Shown piece after piece: positions 17,606 to 26,058 of a stretch of DNA of 32,000 nt. Origin of the DNA: Caldivirga maquilingensis IC-167 (GTDB taxonomy: Archaea; Thermoproteota; Thermoprotei; Thermoproteales; Thermocladiaceae); contig NC_009954.1 in NCBI RefSeq assembly GCF_000018305.1, positions 1,140,001 to 1,172,000 of the forward strand, written 5' to 3'. The position numbers were made by a program, and so were the translations under genes. The notes beneath the pieces are model-generated. The model was not told where the DNA came from. It did not search any database and worked only from the letters and a program-made list of their open reading frames with translations. The first letter of the stretch is position 1, and each line of letters begins with the position of its first letter.

Positions 17606-19018
17606 ATGAGGGTGCTGTTGGCGGTTCCACCGGGTATTGATAAAATGGAGATATATAAGGTCCTTGGACTCAGGGCACCACCACTTGGGTTAGCTTGGAT
17701 TGCAGCGGTCCTTGAGAAGGCTGGTCATGAGGTTAAGATAATTGACTCACCCACTGAGGGTATTGACTTAGGAGCCTTCATCAATGAGGTTAAGGCATGG
17801 AGCCCTGATATTGTTGGCTTAACATCATTAACCCCAACAATATATAAGGCTTATGACACAGTTAAGGCAATTAAGGAGTATGATAAGGACTTACCTGTAA
17901 TAATGGGTGGACCACATGCATCATTCATGTATGAGGAGGCTTTAAATAATGGGGTTGACGTAGTGGTTAGGGGTGAGGGTGAGTACACTACCCTGGATCT
18001 CGTTAACACCATTGAGAAGACTGGGATGAATAGGAATGGGCTTAAGGAGATTAACGGTATAGTATTCAGAAGTGGTGGCGAGATCATTAAGACGAGGGAT
18101 AGGCCACCAATAAGGAACCTGGATGAGTTACCATTTCCAGCACGCCACTTATTACCAATGGATAAATACACCATATTCGGTAAGCCAATTAAGATAATTC
18201 ACGTAATGGCCAGTCGCGGTTGCCCATATGGTTGCTCCTTCTGCTCAACCTCATACTACTGGGGTAGGTTAATTAGGTATAGATCCGCTAAGAATGTTGC
18301 AGATGAGATTGAGGACGCTGTTAATAAGTATGGTGCAAACACAATAGTCTTCACTGATGATGAATTCACCCTAGGTAAGAGGTTTGTTTACGAATTCCTA
18401 AGGGAACTGGAGGAGAGGAAACTGGACATAAACTTCTCCTGTGGTTCAAGGGTTGATACCATTGATAAGAAGATGATGAGTGAGTTATTAAGGCATGGGT
18501 GCACTGCACTGTACTTCGGTGTTGAGTCAGCAAGCCAAGACACAATAAATAGGATTGGTAAGAAAATAACCATTGAGCAGGCTATTAAGGTGTTTGAATG
18601 GGTTCATGAACTTAAGGTTAATGCAGTGGCGTCATTCGTCATAGGCTTCCCGTGGGAAACCATAGATGACATGAAGAATACTGCTAAATTCGCGGTTAAG
18701 CTTAACCCATCATACGCTCAATTCACGGTAGCTACACCATACCCTGGCACACCCCTTTACTACCAGGCTGTTAACGAGAATCTCATTGAGGATTGGAACT
18801 GGGAGCATTATACAACATTAAGGGCCATCATGAGGGGTTACAGGTTCACTAGGCAGCAGGCTGATAAGATGCTTCAATACGCCTACAGGGTCTTCTACCT
18901 AAGGGCAGGATTCCTAGCGAAGGAGCTGTTAAGCGGTAGGTTAAGCATGGTTATTACAGCTATTAAGAATTCAATTGTCCCATGGTTCATTGATAGGTTA
19001 ATGAGGCGGAGTGAGTAA
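17606..19018 (+). CDS. B12-binding-domain radical SAM protein (class B rSAM)
   Basis: The N-terminal cobalamin-binding-like Rossmann region is VLLAVPP...PPLGLAWIAAVLEKAGHEVKIID...PDIVGLTSL. The CX3CX2C motif is CPYGCSFC. Length is 470 aa. Confidence 0.9.
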   Translation: MRVLLAVPPGIDKMEIYKVLGLRAPPLGLAWIAAVLEKAGHEVKIIDSPTEGIDLGAFINEVKAWSPDIVGLTSLTPTIYKAYDTVKAIKEYDKDLPVIMGGPHASFMYEEALNNGVDVVVRGEGEYTTLDLVNTIEKTGMNRNGLKEINGIVFRSGGEIIKTRDRPPIRNLDELPFPARHLLPMDKYTIFGKPIKIIHVMASRGCPYGCSFCSTSYYWGRLIRYRSAKNVADEIEDAVNKYGANTIVFTDDEFTLGKRFVYEFLRELEERKLDINFSCGSRVDTIDKKMMSELLRHGCTALYFGVESASQDTINRIGKKITIEQAIKVFEWVHELKVNAVASFVIGFPWETIDDMKNTAKFAVKLNPSYAQFTVATPYPGTPLYYQAVNENLIEDWNWEHYTTLRAIMRGYRFTRQQADKMLQYAYRVFYLRAGFLAKELLSGRLSMVITAIKNSIVPWFIDRLMRRSE

Positions 19019-19062
19019 TCACTTATGTAAGGATTTTAATTTAAACACTAAGTTAATTTAAA

Positions 19063-19719
19063 CTAAGCATCCCTTATTATTCGTAGAATCCTCTTCGTCG
19101 GCAGTAAGGCATTCTCAAACTGCTCCTTACTTATTCTCAACCCCAGTAGATTAACCATGTTTAATACTGTATTAACCTCACCGGAGAGTTCACCTCTCTC
19201 CATGTAATTATGAACCAGGTCCAGGATTGATACAGCAGTCTCCTTACCGAAAACCTTCGCAATCCATATTAATGCATCGGGAACATTAATGAGCACCATA
19301 TTCCTACCGGAGAGCCGTATAAGTAGGTAAATGTAGAGTAGGGTCACGTTATTCACCGTTATGCAGCCATTTAACCTACTGCAGTCACGGTTACTCATCA
19401 TGTAGCCATCATAAATGTGGATACTACCCTTGGTTTTTGAAATCCTTAAGTAAACCTTAATATCACCTAACTCAAGTAGCTTAATGTTCTTACCCAATTT
19501 ATTCCTCATTCTAAGTAACCTCCTAATTAATTTATATACAGAATCCCTATCGCAATTCCTCATTGTTAACACTGATGTTGAAACAACTGGTAATCCCATA
19601 CAGTCTAAGCCCAGTGATAAACATAAGTTCGCCCTACGGTAAAGTATGTGTAAGATTAGATGCATTGCATCGAAGTGTAAGATTGGACAGGTATGTTCTG
19701 GAATTGATTTATAATCCAC
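19063..19719 (-). CDS. hypothetical protein
   Basis: A 218-aa ORF with a GTG start at 19719 and a good TATA (TTTAATAAATAT on the minus strand, + coordinates about 19739-19751) about 26 nt upstream. An alternative ATG lies at 19563. I recognise no family. Confidence 0.5.
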   Translation of the reverse strand: MDYKSIPEHTCPILHFDAMHLILHILYRRANLCLSLGLDCMGLPVVSTSVLTMRNCDRDSVYKLIRRLLRMRNKLGKNIKLLELGDIKVYLRISKTKGSIHIYDGYMMSNRDCSRLNGCITVNNVTLLYIYLLIRLSGRNMVLINVPDALIWIAKVFGKETAVSILDLVHNYMERGELSGEVNTVLNMVNLLGLRISKEQFENALLPTKRILRIIRDA

Positions 19720-19796
19720 AGCTAACTAAAGTAGTGGCATATTTATTAAACATACCCCATGGTAAAGCCATGAAGAGGTATAGGCTTTATTCATTG

Positions 19797-22334
19797 TTAA
19801 CTATGGCGCATGAGTAGTGATATTATGAGACCCATTATGATGGCTAATGCATATATTGTGAAAATATACCATGGGATTCCAAACACACCTGAGACAACGT
19901 AGACCACAATGGGGCCTACGTAAGCATCATTAAGCCACTCATTCCCAAGGTACTTAACGTAAATAATCCAGGGCCCAGCCTTATCAGTAACTATCCTTAA
20001 TACCGTTTCATTACTCACCACAGTATTAATACTTCTTACTCTTCCACTTGAATTAACCAGTATTGATGCATTAGCCCTTGTTGGTAAATTATTATTAACC
20101 TTAATTAGTATGAGCATTATTATTGAGCTGCCTGAGGCTATTGTACCATTATTAAGTACCCTAATTGATACCCTTGGATTAGCCTTAATTACCTTCACAA
20201 ACTCATTGAGGCCACATGATAGGTAATTATTGTTACCGGGCCAGTATACGGTAATATTGTATAATCCTGGGTAAGGTGGTTTATATGATTCTTGAAACTT
20301 ACCGTTAGTTACATAGGCTATGATTAATGACTTATTTACGTAGATTGGTATTTGACTAATTGGTGCAGTTACATTACCACTTATTGAGAGTTCACTCCCC
20401 ACTATGAATGATCCATTAATACTCATTCTAATTGTGCAGGGAGCCTTCAACACCATTAGTGATGCCTCAGCCACTGATGGTAAGTAATTACGGGAACCTG
20501 GGTAGTATATTGTTAAGTTAAAGTAACCTGCCTCATTAGGTTTCACATGCGTGTAACCTGTACCATTGATTACATTAATGTAACCTATGAATGATTTATT
20601 TAAGTATAGGTAAACTGAGGCTGTGATTCCTGGATTTAAGTTAACCATTACTGTTAATGAATCCCCGTACACTATGGTTGAGTTAACTAAGTAACTTATA
20701 TTGACCTTAGCCGGTGCAACAATTACCTTAGCTTGGCTAGTTATTGAGAATGATTGCGATGGGGAGTATGTTACGTACACTACGTAAACACCAGTATCAT
20801 TAGGCTTAAATGTTAATGAGGCGTAACCACTTGAATTCGTGGTTATTGAGCCTAATGCAACGTTAACCCCATTTAAGGTTACTTGGTATTGAAGGGTTTG
20901 ATTAACTATACCGTATCCCTCAGCTGTTAAGTTAACTAGCATACTGGCTAATTCCCCGTAAGTTATGTTAAGTAACTCAGGTGTAATACTCATGGTTGGC
21001 TTGAGTACGTTAAGTAGAATTATGGTGCTGTAGTAGTATGAGTATCCCCCGTAATCAACCATGATTAGAGATACGTTTAAAGGCATTGGGCCGGGTTGAA
21101 GCGCCAGTAAACCAACTTCAAATCCTCCATTACCCCTCAGGGCCACTGGGCTACCAGTAATGCTTACTGGGAACTGGGGTGATAATGGGGAGATGTACAC
21201 CTTCTCATTAACTATTGGGGCTGGTACATTAACATTAAAAACGATCCTAGAATTAACACCAAGCGGCACCGTTGAGTTAGGTGATGTAATCAATGGTACC
21301 GGTTCATACGCATTTATGCTGAATTTAACCAACCCAACAGTGCAACTACCGTACATGAATACTACTTGAGCATTATAAGATCCAGTGTCAACTATGAGGA
21401 AGCTATTACCGGTAACTTGATTATTAATCATGGTTTCCATGGTTAAGTTACTTAAGTATGAACTATAGAAGTTCACGCTATGACCAGTTACCACGGGGAT
21501 ACTTGAACCGTTAGTAACCCTTAAGGATGCTGAACCATAGGTAACGTTAATGGAGTACCATGGTCTCACTGAATTAACCTGAAACATATACGTGGAGTAA
21601 GCCTGCCCATTGAATGCTAATTGAGCTGAAACCGTACCATTCATGAATGTTAACGGTTCCCGGAACACGTACTTACCATTAATGGTAACGTTATAAGATG
21701 AGTAAACACCACCCATATTACTAACCAGGTTTAATTTAACAGGTTCAGCTGAGTAAAGTATAAGGTTTAGTATCGGTGATGAGTAAGGTATAATTACCTC
21801 AGAGTTATTACTGGGTGACGTGGTTAAGCCGCATTGAGTCAAGTATGCGTTAACTATTGTTGGTTTATACATTATTAGGTTATAGAATCTGCTTGTTGTG
21901 AAGTTCATTACACTTAAGGTAACGTTAATGGAGTAGTTACCATATGGTAGTGAGTAGACTGGTACATTAACTAATTGATAGGAACCCGCAGTGAGGTTGA
22001 GTAGAGTTGAGTATGAGTATACGTTGCCAATCCTAATACTTAGCATTGTACTCTCATTAATGGGTTCAGTGGAATTAATTATTGATGCGTTAATTAGCAG
22101 GGTGAAGTAGTTTAAGGGGGTTGACACCACGTTATTAACCGGGTACTTAACCCAATTCTCATACGTTAAGCTGATTAAATTAACACTAAGAGTAATGTTG
22201 AGCACGGGCTTAGTGTAGTTGGTTATGTGGGTTGCATTAGTTAAGCCACCGGGCGGGTTAAGCTGCGGATTAGCTACAATAGCCAGTGAAGCCATTGCAA
22301 GCACTAATATTAGTAATAGTTTCCTCATATTCAA
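19797..22334 (-). CDS. large secreted, C-terminally membrane-anchored surface glycoprotein with tandem Ig-like modules (possible S-layer-associated protein or adhesin)
   Basis: Signal-peptide-like N-terminus MNMRKLLLILVLAMASLAIVA. The C-terminal TM helix is IPWYIFTIYALAIIMGLIISLL. I hand-counted about 36 N-x-S/T sequons. The motif G-x-Y-x-[IL]-T-[IV]-Y-[WY]-P-G-x-x-N-Y recurs. Confidence 0.8.
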   Translation of the reverse strand: MNMRKLLLILVLAMASLAIVANPQLNPPGGLTNATHITNYTKPVLNITLSVNLISLTYENWVKYPVNNVVSTPLNYFTLLINASIINSTEPINESTMLSIRIGNVYSYSTLLNLTAGSYQLVNVPVYSLPYGNYSINVTLSVMNFTTSRFYNLIMYKPTIVNAYLTQCGLTTSPSNNSEVIIPYSSPILNLILYSAEPVKLNLVSNMGGVYSSYNVTINGKYVFREPLTFMNGTVSAQLAFNGQAYSTYMFQVNSVRPWYSINVTYGSASLRVTNGSSIPVVTGHSVNFYSSYLSNLTMETMINNQVTGNSFLIVDTGSYNAQVVFMYGSCTVGLVKFSINAYEPVPLITSPNSTVPLGVNSRIVFNVNVPAPIVNEKVYISPLSPQFPVSITGSPVALRGNGGFEVGLLALQPGPMPLNVSLIMVDYGGYSYYYSTIILLNVLKPTMSITPELLNITYGELASMLVNLTAEGYGIVNQTLQYQVTLNGVNVALGSITTNSSGYASLTFKPNDTGVYVVYVTYSPSQSFSITSQAKVIVAPAKVNISYLVNSTIVYGDSLTVMVNLNPGITASVYLYLNKSFIGYINVINGTGYTHVKPNEAGYFNLTIYYPGSRNYLPSVAEASLMVLKAPCTIRMSINGSFIVGSELSISGNVTAPISQIPIYVNKSLIIAYVTNGKFQESYKPPYPGLYNITVYWPGNNNYLSCGLNEFVKVIKANPRVSIRVLNNGTIASGSSIIMLILIKVNNNLPTRANASILVNSSGRVRSINTVVSNETVLRIVTDKAGPWIIYVKYLGNEWLNDAYVGPIVVYVVSGVFGIPWYIFTIYALAIIMGLIISLLMRHS

Positions 22335-22376
22335 TGAATTGGGTTAAGGGTATCCTTATTAAGCATTATTCAAACC

Positions 22377-22922
22377 TCATTGATTAACCGCTTGCCCTCC
22401 CTGATTAACCTGTTGAGTTACCTTAGCCTTAACTATGCGTGACGTTGGTGCGAAGCCTATGCCATCCTCAAGGTTCCTTGGGACAAGGTAACCAGGCGAC
22501 CTGACTCTAACACCATTTATTGATATGTGACCGTGCACTATTAATTGCCTGGCCTCATGAATTGACCTAGCCATACCCTTCCTATACACTAGTGTTTGAA
22601 GCCTGCGTTCAAGTACTGCTGTTACATCCAGTGCTAGTACTGAATCCAATGGTATATTAATATCGCTTATTAACCCCATTCTAAATAACCTATCCTTAAG
22701 CCTCTTCTCAGCCTCCCCCCTAATCTCCATTGGTGCTGAAAGTATCTCCCTAGCCCTATGCTTAATGCTCCTCAATAATGCTCTGGCTAACCAAAGCTCC
22801 TTCTTATTCCTCAAACCATACTCACCAATAAGCCTAAGCTCACTCATCAATAAGTCACTATTCCATAGCCTCTTCGGCTTCCCCTCAACATACTTCTTCT
22901 TCGGCCTCTTAGGATCCCCCAT
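22377..22922 (-). CDS. rps4: 30S ribosomal protein S4 (archaeal S4 / eukaryotic S9e type)
   Basis: The N-terminus MGDPKRPKKKY...LIGEYGLRNKKELW and the S4 RNA-binding domain RLQTLVYRKGMARSIHEARQLIVHGHISINGVRV are present. I prefer the ATG at 22922 over the track TTG at 22931 because a TATA (AAATATTTATATA) lies about 27 nt upstream. Confidence 0.9.
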   Translation of the reverse strand: MGDPKRPKKKYVEGKPKRLWNSDLLMSELRLIGEYGLRNKKELWLARALLRSIKHRAREILSAPMEIRGEAEKRLKDRLFRMGLISDINIPLDSVLALDVTAVLERRLQTLVYRKGMARSIHEARQLIVHGHISINGVRVRSPGYLVPRNLEDGIGFAPTSRIVKAKVTQQVNQGGQAVNQ

Positions 22923-23024
22923 TACGCTCAACGTGAGTATATGGTATATAAATATTTCCCATCATTAATTCACCGGGGTAATTATAATAACTTAAAGTTC
23001 ATACTGCTTAATCTAAAAATAGGG

Positions 23025-23058
23025 CCCACCACGGATACCACTTTAGGTGGGTATTTTA
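23025..23058 (+). other. GC-rich hairpin (CCCACC-15 nt-GGTGGG) followed by TATTTTA, between divergent genes
   Basis: Read directly. The 6-bp stem pairs 23025-23030 with 23046-23051 and is followed by a T-rich tail. An extra TATA-like AATTATAATAAC lies at about 22979-22990. Confidence 0.3.
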
Positions 23059-23102
23059 CTTCATAGTGAAATTAATTAACCTAAGAATTGGGTATACGAG
23101 TT

Positions 23103-23957
23103 ATGAGTAATGAAGTGGCAGTATGCATGGGTCAGATTAAGGTTAATTTCAGTGATGTTGAGGGTAATTTAAGTAGGGCTATTGAAGCCATTAAACGCTC
23201 CGCATCAATGGGTTGCAGTATTGTTGTCTTACCTGAAACACTGGATGTTGGTTGGCTTAACCCTGATGCAGTGGAGTTAGCTAAACCAATACCCGGCCCA
23301 TATAGTGATGCATTAGCGGATGCTGCGAGAGAAAGCGGCATCTATGTTGCGGCTGGTTTAACTGAGAGGTATGGTGGGAGGATTTATGATGCCGCAGTGT
23401 TCTTATCACCTAAAGGTGATTTGCTTTGGAAGTATAGGAAAATTAATCTTCTTCCTGATGAGCAGTCAATATATGAGGTTGGTGATAGGGTTGGGGTTGT
23501 GGAGACTGAGTACGGTAGGATTGGTGTCAACATATGCATAGATAACGCACCTAGTAACCTAGTTCTAGCGCACTCAATGGCTAGAATGGGGGCGGTTATG
23601 ATACTTTCACCATCAGGTTGGGCGGTACCATCCACGTATGATTTAAGTAGGGAAGGTTACTTAAATGGACCCTATGGTAAACATTGGGTAGTCTCATATA
23701 CCACAATGGCTAGATTATATGACATAGCCATGATTGGTGTAAGCAGTGTTGGCGAAATGAGTAAGGGGCCTTGGAGGAGCTGGAGGCTAATAGGCTCATC
23801 ATTAGCAGTGGGACCTGGAGGAGTAGTATTGGCTAGAGGTAAGGAGGGTTATGATGCTGAGGATTTAATAAGAGTCAACATTAATGCATCACCAAGACAG
23901 GTTAAAGGTACTAAGTATGCTGAATTCCTATGGAGCAGAGGCTACTTCATGCCTTAG
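23103..23957 (+). CDS. carbon-nitrogen hydrolase (nitrilase superfamily amidase)
   Basis: The Glu-Lys-Cys triad contexts are VVLPE, YRKINL and VNICID. I prefer the ATG at 23103 over the track TTG at 23088 because of a TATA-like ATTAATTAAC about 28 nt upstream. Confidence 0.85.
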   Translation: MSNEVAVCMGQIKVNFSDVEGNLSRAIEAIKRSASMGCSIVVLPETLDVGWLNPDAVELAKPIPGPYSDALADAARESGIYVAAGLTERYGGRIYDAAVFLSPKGDLLWKYRKINLLPDEQSIYEVGDRVGVVETEYGRIGVNICIDNAPSNLVLAHSMARMGAVMILSPSGWAVPSTYDLSREGYLNGPYGKHWVVSYTTMARLYDIAMIGVSSVGEMSKGPWRSWRLIGSSLAVGPGGVVLARGKEGYDAEDLIRVNINASPRQVKGTKYAEFLWSRGYFMP

Positions 23958-24046
23958 CCACTTCATTAAATCTACAACCACAAAGTGCTTAAGCCCTCAT
24001 TCACTTGGCTTAATCATAGCATAAGCTAGTTTTAGCGTGATCTTGA

Positions 24047-24262
24047 TTAATTAACCCTGTATGTTCTTGAGGCGGTATCGTAGGTGAATGTGGTGAATGT
24101 TAAGCCGCCGTAAATCACGAATACTTCATTACTGGGTTTCCTATTATCTTGCTCATAGTCTATATATGTGTTGTTAACCTTAACATTGGTGATTCTATTC
24201 CTCATGATTCCTTTAGTTAAACCTAATGTGAAACTTCTTCTTGGAATGTTCATTTTACTCAC
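24047..24262 (-). CDS. small hypothetical beta-rich protein (68-71 aa)
   Basis: TTTTATAAAA (+ 24287-24296) lies about 29 nt upstream of the GTG at 24262. GGTGA lies 5-6 nt upstream of an in-frame ATG at 24253. No family recognised. Confidence 0.4.
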   Translation of the reverse strand: MSKMNIPRRSFTLGLTKGIMRNRITNVKVNNTYIDYEQDNRKPSNEVFVIYGGLTFTTFTYDTASRTYRVN

Positions 24263-24328
24263 CTCGAGTTACTCTCCCACCCTAGGTTTTATAAAACTTT
24301 CTCCTTTCAGAAAACTTAACTCATAGTT

Positions 24329-24362
24329 AATATAGGGGATTCAGTGATCAATATAGGTGATT
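24329..24362. repeat. 13-bp direct repeat AATATAGG(G/T)GATT x2 with 21-bp register
   Basis: Copies lie at 24329-24341 and 24350-24362 and match 12/13. They sit upstream of the TATA of the small minus-strand ORF. Confidence 0.7.
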
Positions 24363-24414
24363 AATTCCACAGGTATTAATGAGTCTTTTGAATTCACGTT
24401 AATTATCTTACTGA

Positions 24415-25722
24415 TTATGCATCCTCCTCAAGGATCCTTAATCCAAGTAGCCTTGCCATTACCTTTAAGTCCTCCCTCCAGTCACCGTAAAACACTACCC
24501 TATGCCACCCAGCTCTCCAAACCCAATTCCTCGCCAATGCCTCTACATTAGTCTTAGCCACCAGCTTCGTGGCGCATGCCTTTAAATGGTATTCATTATT
24601 AATTGCCTTAGCCGTATGTATGGCTAATAACCTCTCCTCTGGGCTTAAGCCAATCACGGTCACGGTTTCATTCACAGGTAGCTTAACGTGTATTGAAAGC
24701 TTCTTACCACCTCCATGTGCTGGTGTTATTATGTATGGGCTTAAGTCACTTGAATCAAAGCCCCTAGCGTTTACTGGTGCGTAGCAGTGGAAGTAAACAA
24801 TCTCGCCTTTACCCATATCTGGTGCTGGATCATTTATGAAGCCTGGGACATTAGCGTAAAACTTCATCAGCAGCATTAATGTTCCTGAAATCAAGTCTCC
24901 TTCACATACTGATACAACCCTATCCCTAAGTGTAAGCTCCATGAATGGTAAGCATGGCCAAGTATCTAGGAAGCCACTATTATAGAGCACTATATCATCA
25001 ATTGTCACTGCATCTGCCTTATAATCTTCAATAAGCCTCCTAAGAGCCAGGTAAAGCTTAGCAGGTTTAATTAAGTCACTTATAGTGTGTTCAATAACCT
25101 TCTCAGCATTGTTGAACCACCTCTCCGCAATAGGCTTAGCCTCATCATCAGTAACTCTACTGTAGTACTTCTCGTTGAAGTCCCTAATGTTAATTAAATC
25201 CACCTTAACACCGAATATTGATTGAAGGTAAGACGGTAAACTATAGAGATCTATGCTTAACGGGTACTCTAGGTGCATTAAATTCAATTCATCAGGCCCA
25301 ATCAAGGCAATAATCCTAGAATCCCTTAACCTACCTATGGTCTCAAGCATCCTCACGTACTTATCCAGTGGACTTAAGTTAAATAGGTCCCTTAACACGA
25401 TACCGAAAACTGGTAAATTAGCCTTAAGCGCCCTGGAGTACTCCATTAGGAACTCACCTGAACCACCGTAAGTATCTGAGACTAGTATTGTTGGTATGCC
25501 CCTTGATAATATTGGCCTAACAATACCTGGAATACTCCAGAAGTTAAAAACCAGTGAACCCACAGTGCCACTTGGTAACTTGGACACTGAGTCCACTGCC
25601 TCATTAATACTTGATATAGTGAAGAAGTTAAACTCAATGCTGGGGAAGGCTTTCAATAGGTGTTGCTCAGCATTATCAATGAAATCCTTAGAAGCACCTA
25701 TGAAGAACACTGAAACCCTCAT
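24415..25722 (-). CDS. L-fucose/L-arabinose isomerase-like family protein (uncharacterised sugar isomerase)
   Basis: Contains VCEGDLISGTLMLLMKF and a C-terminal GWHRVVFYGDWREDLKVMARLLGLRI, which resemble FucI/AraA-family core and C-terminal motifs as I remember them. Length is 435 aa. Confidence 0.5.
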   Translation of the reverse strand: MRVSVFFIGASKDFIDNAEQHLLKAFPSIEFNFFTISSINEAVDSVSKLPSGTVGSLVFNFWSIPGIVRPILSRGIPTILVSDTYGGSGEFLMEYSRALKANLPVFGIVLRDLFNLSPLDKYVRMLETIGRLRDSRIIALIGPDELNLMHLEYPLSIDLYSLPSYLQSIFGVKVDLINIRDFNEKYYSRVTDDEAKPIAERWFNNAEKVIEHTISDLIKPAKLYLALRRLIEDYKADAVTIDDIVLYNSGFLDTWPCLPFMELTLRDRVVSVCEGDLISGTLMLLMKFYANVPGFINDPAPDMGKGEIVYFHCYAPVNARGFDSSDLSPYIITPAHGGGKKLSIHVKLPVNETVTVIGLSPEERLLAIHTAKAINNEYHLKACATKLVAKTNVEALARNWVWRAGWHRVVFYGDWREDLKVMARLLGLRILEEDA

Positions 25723-25879
25723 AAATATAGAATATGTTCCTTAAATATAAGTTTTACCATAATATTACGTAATTTTAATTCATTCATAGTCTAAACCCCA
25801 GTACTAGTGGATCAGTTGCATGATTTAATGGTAATTAACATGTGGCAGTTATGTAAACCAGTATTGAGTAGGGGAAACC

Positions 25880-25887
25880 CTTATAAA
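25880..25887 (+). promoter_or_regulatory. TATA box (CTTATAAA) of the tRNA gene
   Basis: Centred about 27 nt upstream of tRNA position 1. Confidence 0.55.
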
Positions 25888-25910
25888 CACTCCACCTCTT
25901 CAAGAACTTC

Positions 25911-25984
25911 AGCGGCGTAGGGAAGCCTGGTATCCTGCGGGGCTCATAACCCCGAGGTCGGTGGTTCGAATCCACCCGCCGCTA
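25911..25984 (+). tRNA. initiator tRNA-Met (anticodon CAT), no intron, CCA not encoded
   Basis: Hand-folded cloverleaf: acceptor AGCGGCG/CGCCGCT, D arm GGGA/TCCT, anticodon arm CGGGG-CTCATAA-CCCCG (CAT at 25945-25947), T arm GGTGG-TTCGAAT-CCACC, discriminator A. The A1:U72 pair and three G:C pairs at the base of the anticodon stem mark an archaeal initiator. Confidence 0.93.
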
Positions 25985-26058
25985 CTTCCCGTATGCGTAA
26001 TGCTCAGCTTAAGTGAATTCAACTTGTTTAATACATTATGTTGGTTTAGATTCATTGA

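Noticed and set aside
19648-19684. GTGTAAGATT direct repeat (19648-19657 and 19675-19684) bracketing the palindrome GATGCA-T-TGCATC, which would be a regulatory site if the 218-aa ORF really starts at the ATG at 19563.
   Set aside because: A well-placed TATA supports the longer GTG start at 19719, which puts the repeat inside coding sequence. With only two short copies it cannot be distinguished from chance.
23088-23102. Track-extended non-ATG starts (TTG 23088 for the CN-hydrolase, TTG 22931 for S4, GTG 30657 for the DUF1641-like ORF, ATG 31084 for the HAD hydrolase).
   Set aside because: For the CN-hydrolase, S4 and DUF1641-like genes, an internal ATG lies at the canonical distance of about 25-28 nt from a TATA-like box. 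For the HAD gene the TATA spacing is ambiguous. I prefer 31108 because MHVLKGVVLDLDGT is a typical HAD N-terminus. The shorter coordinates are reported.
25911-25984. The tRNA-iMet gene as an integration hotspot for a mobile element.
   Set aside because: There is no integrase nearby and no duplicated tRNA 3' half in the window. The flanking genes (isomerase-like, speE) have host-like codon usage.
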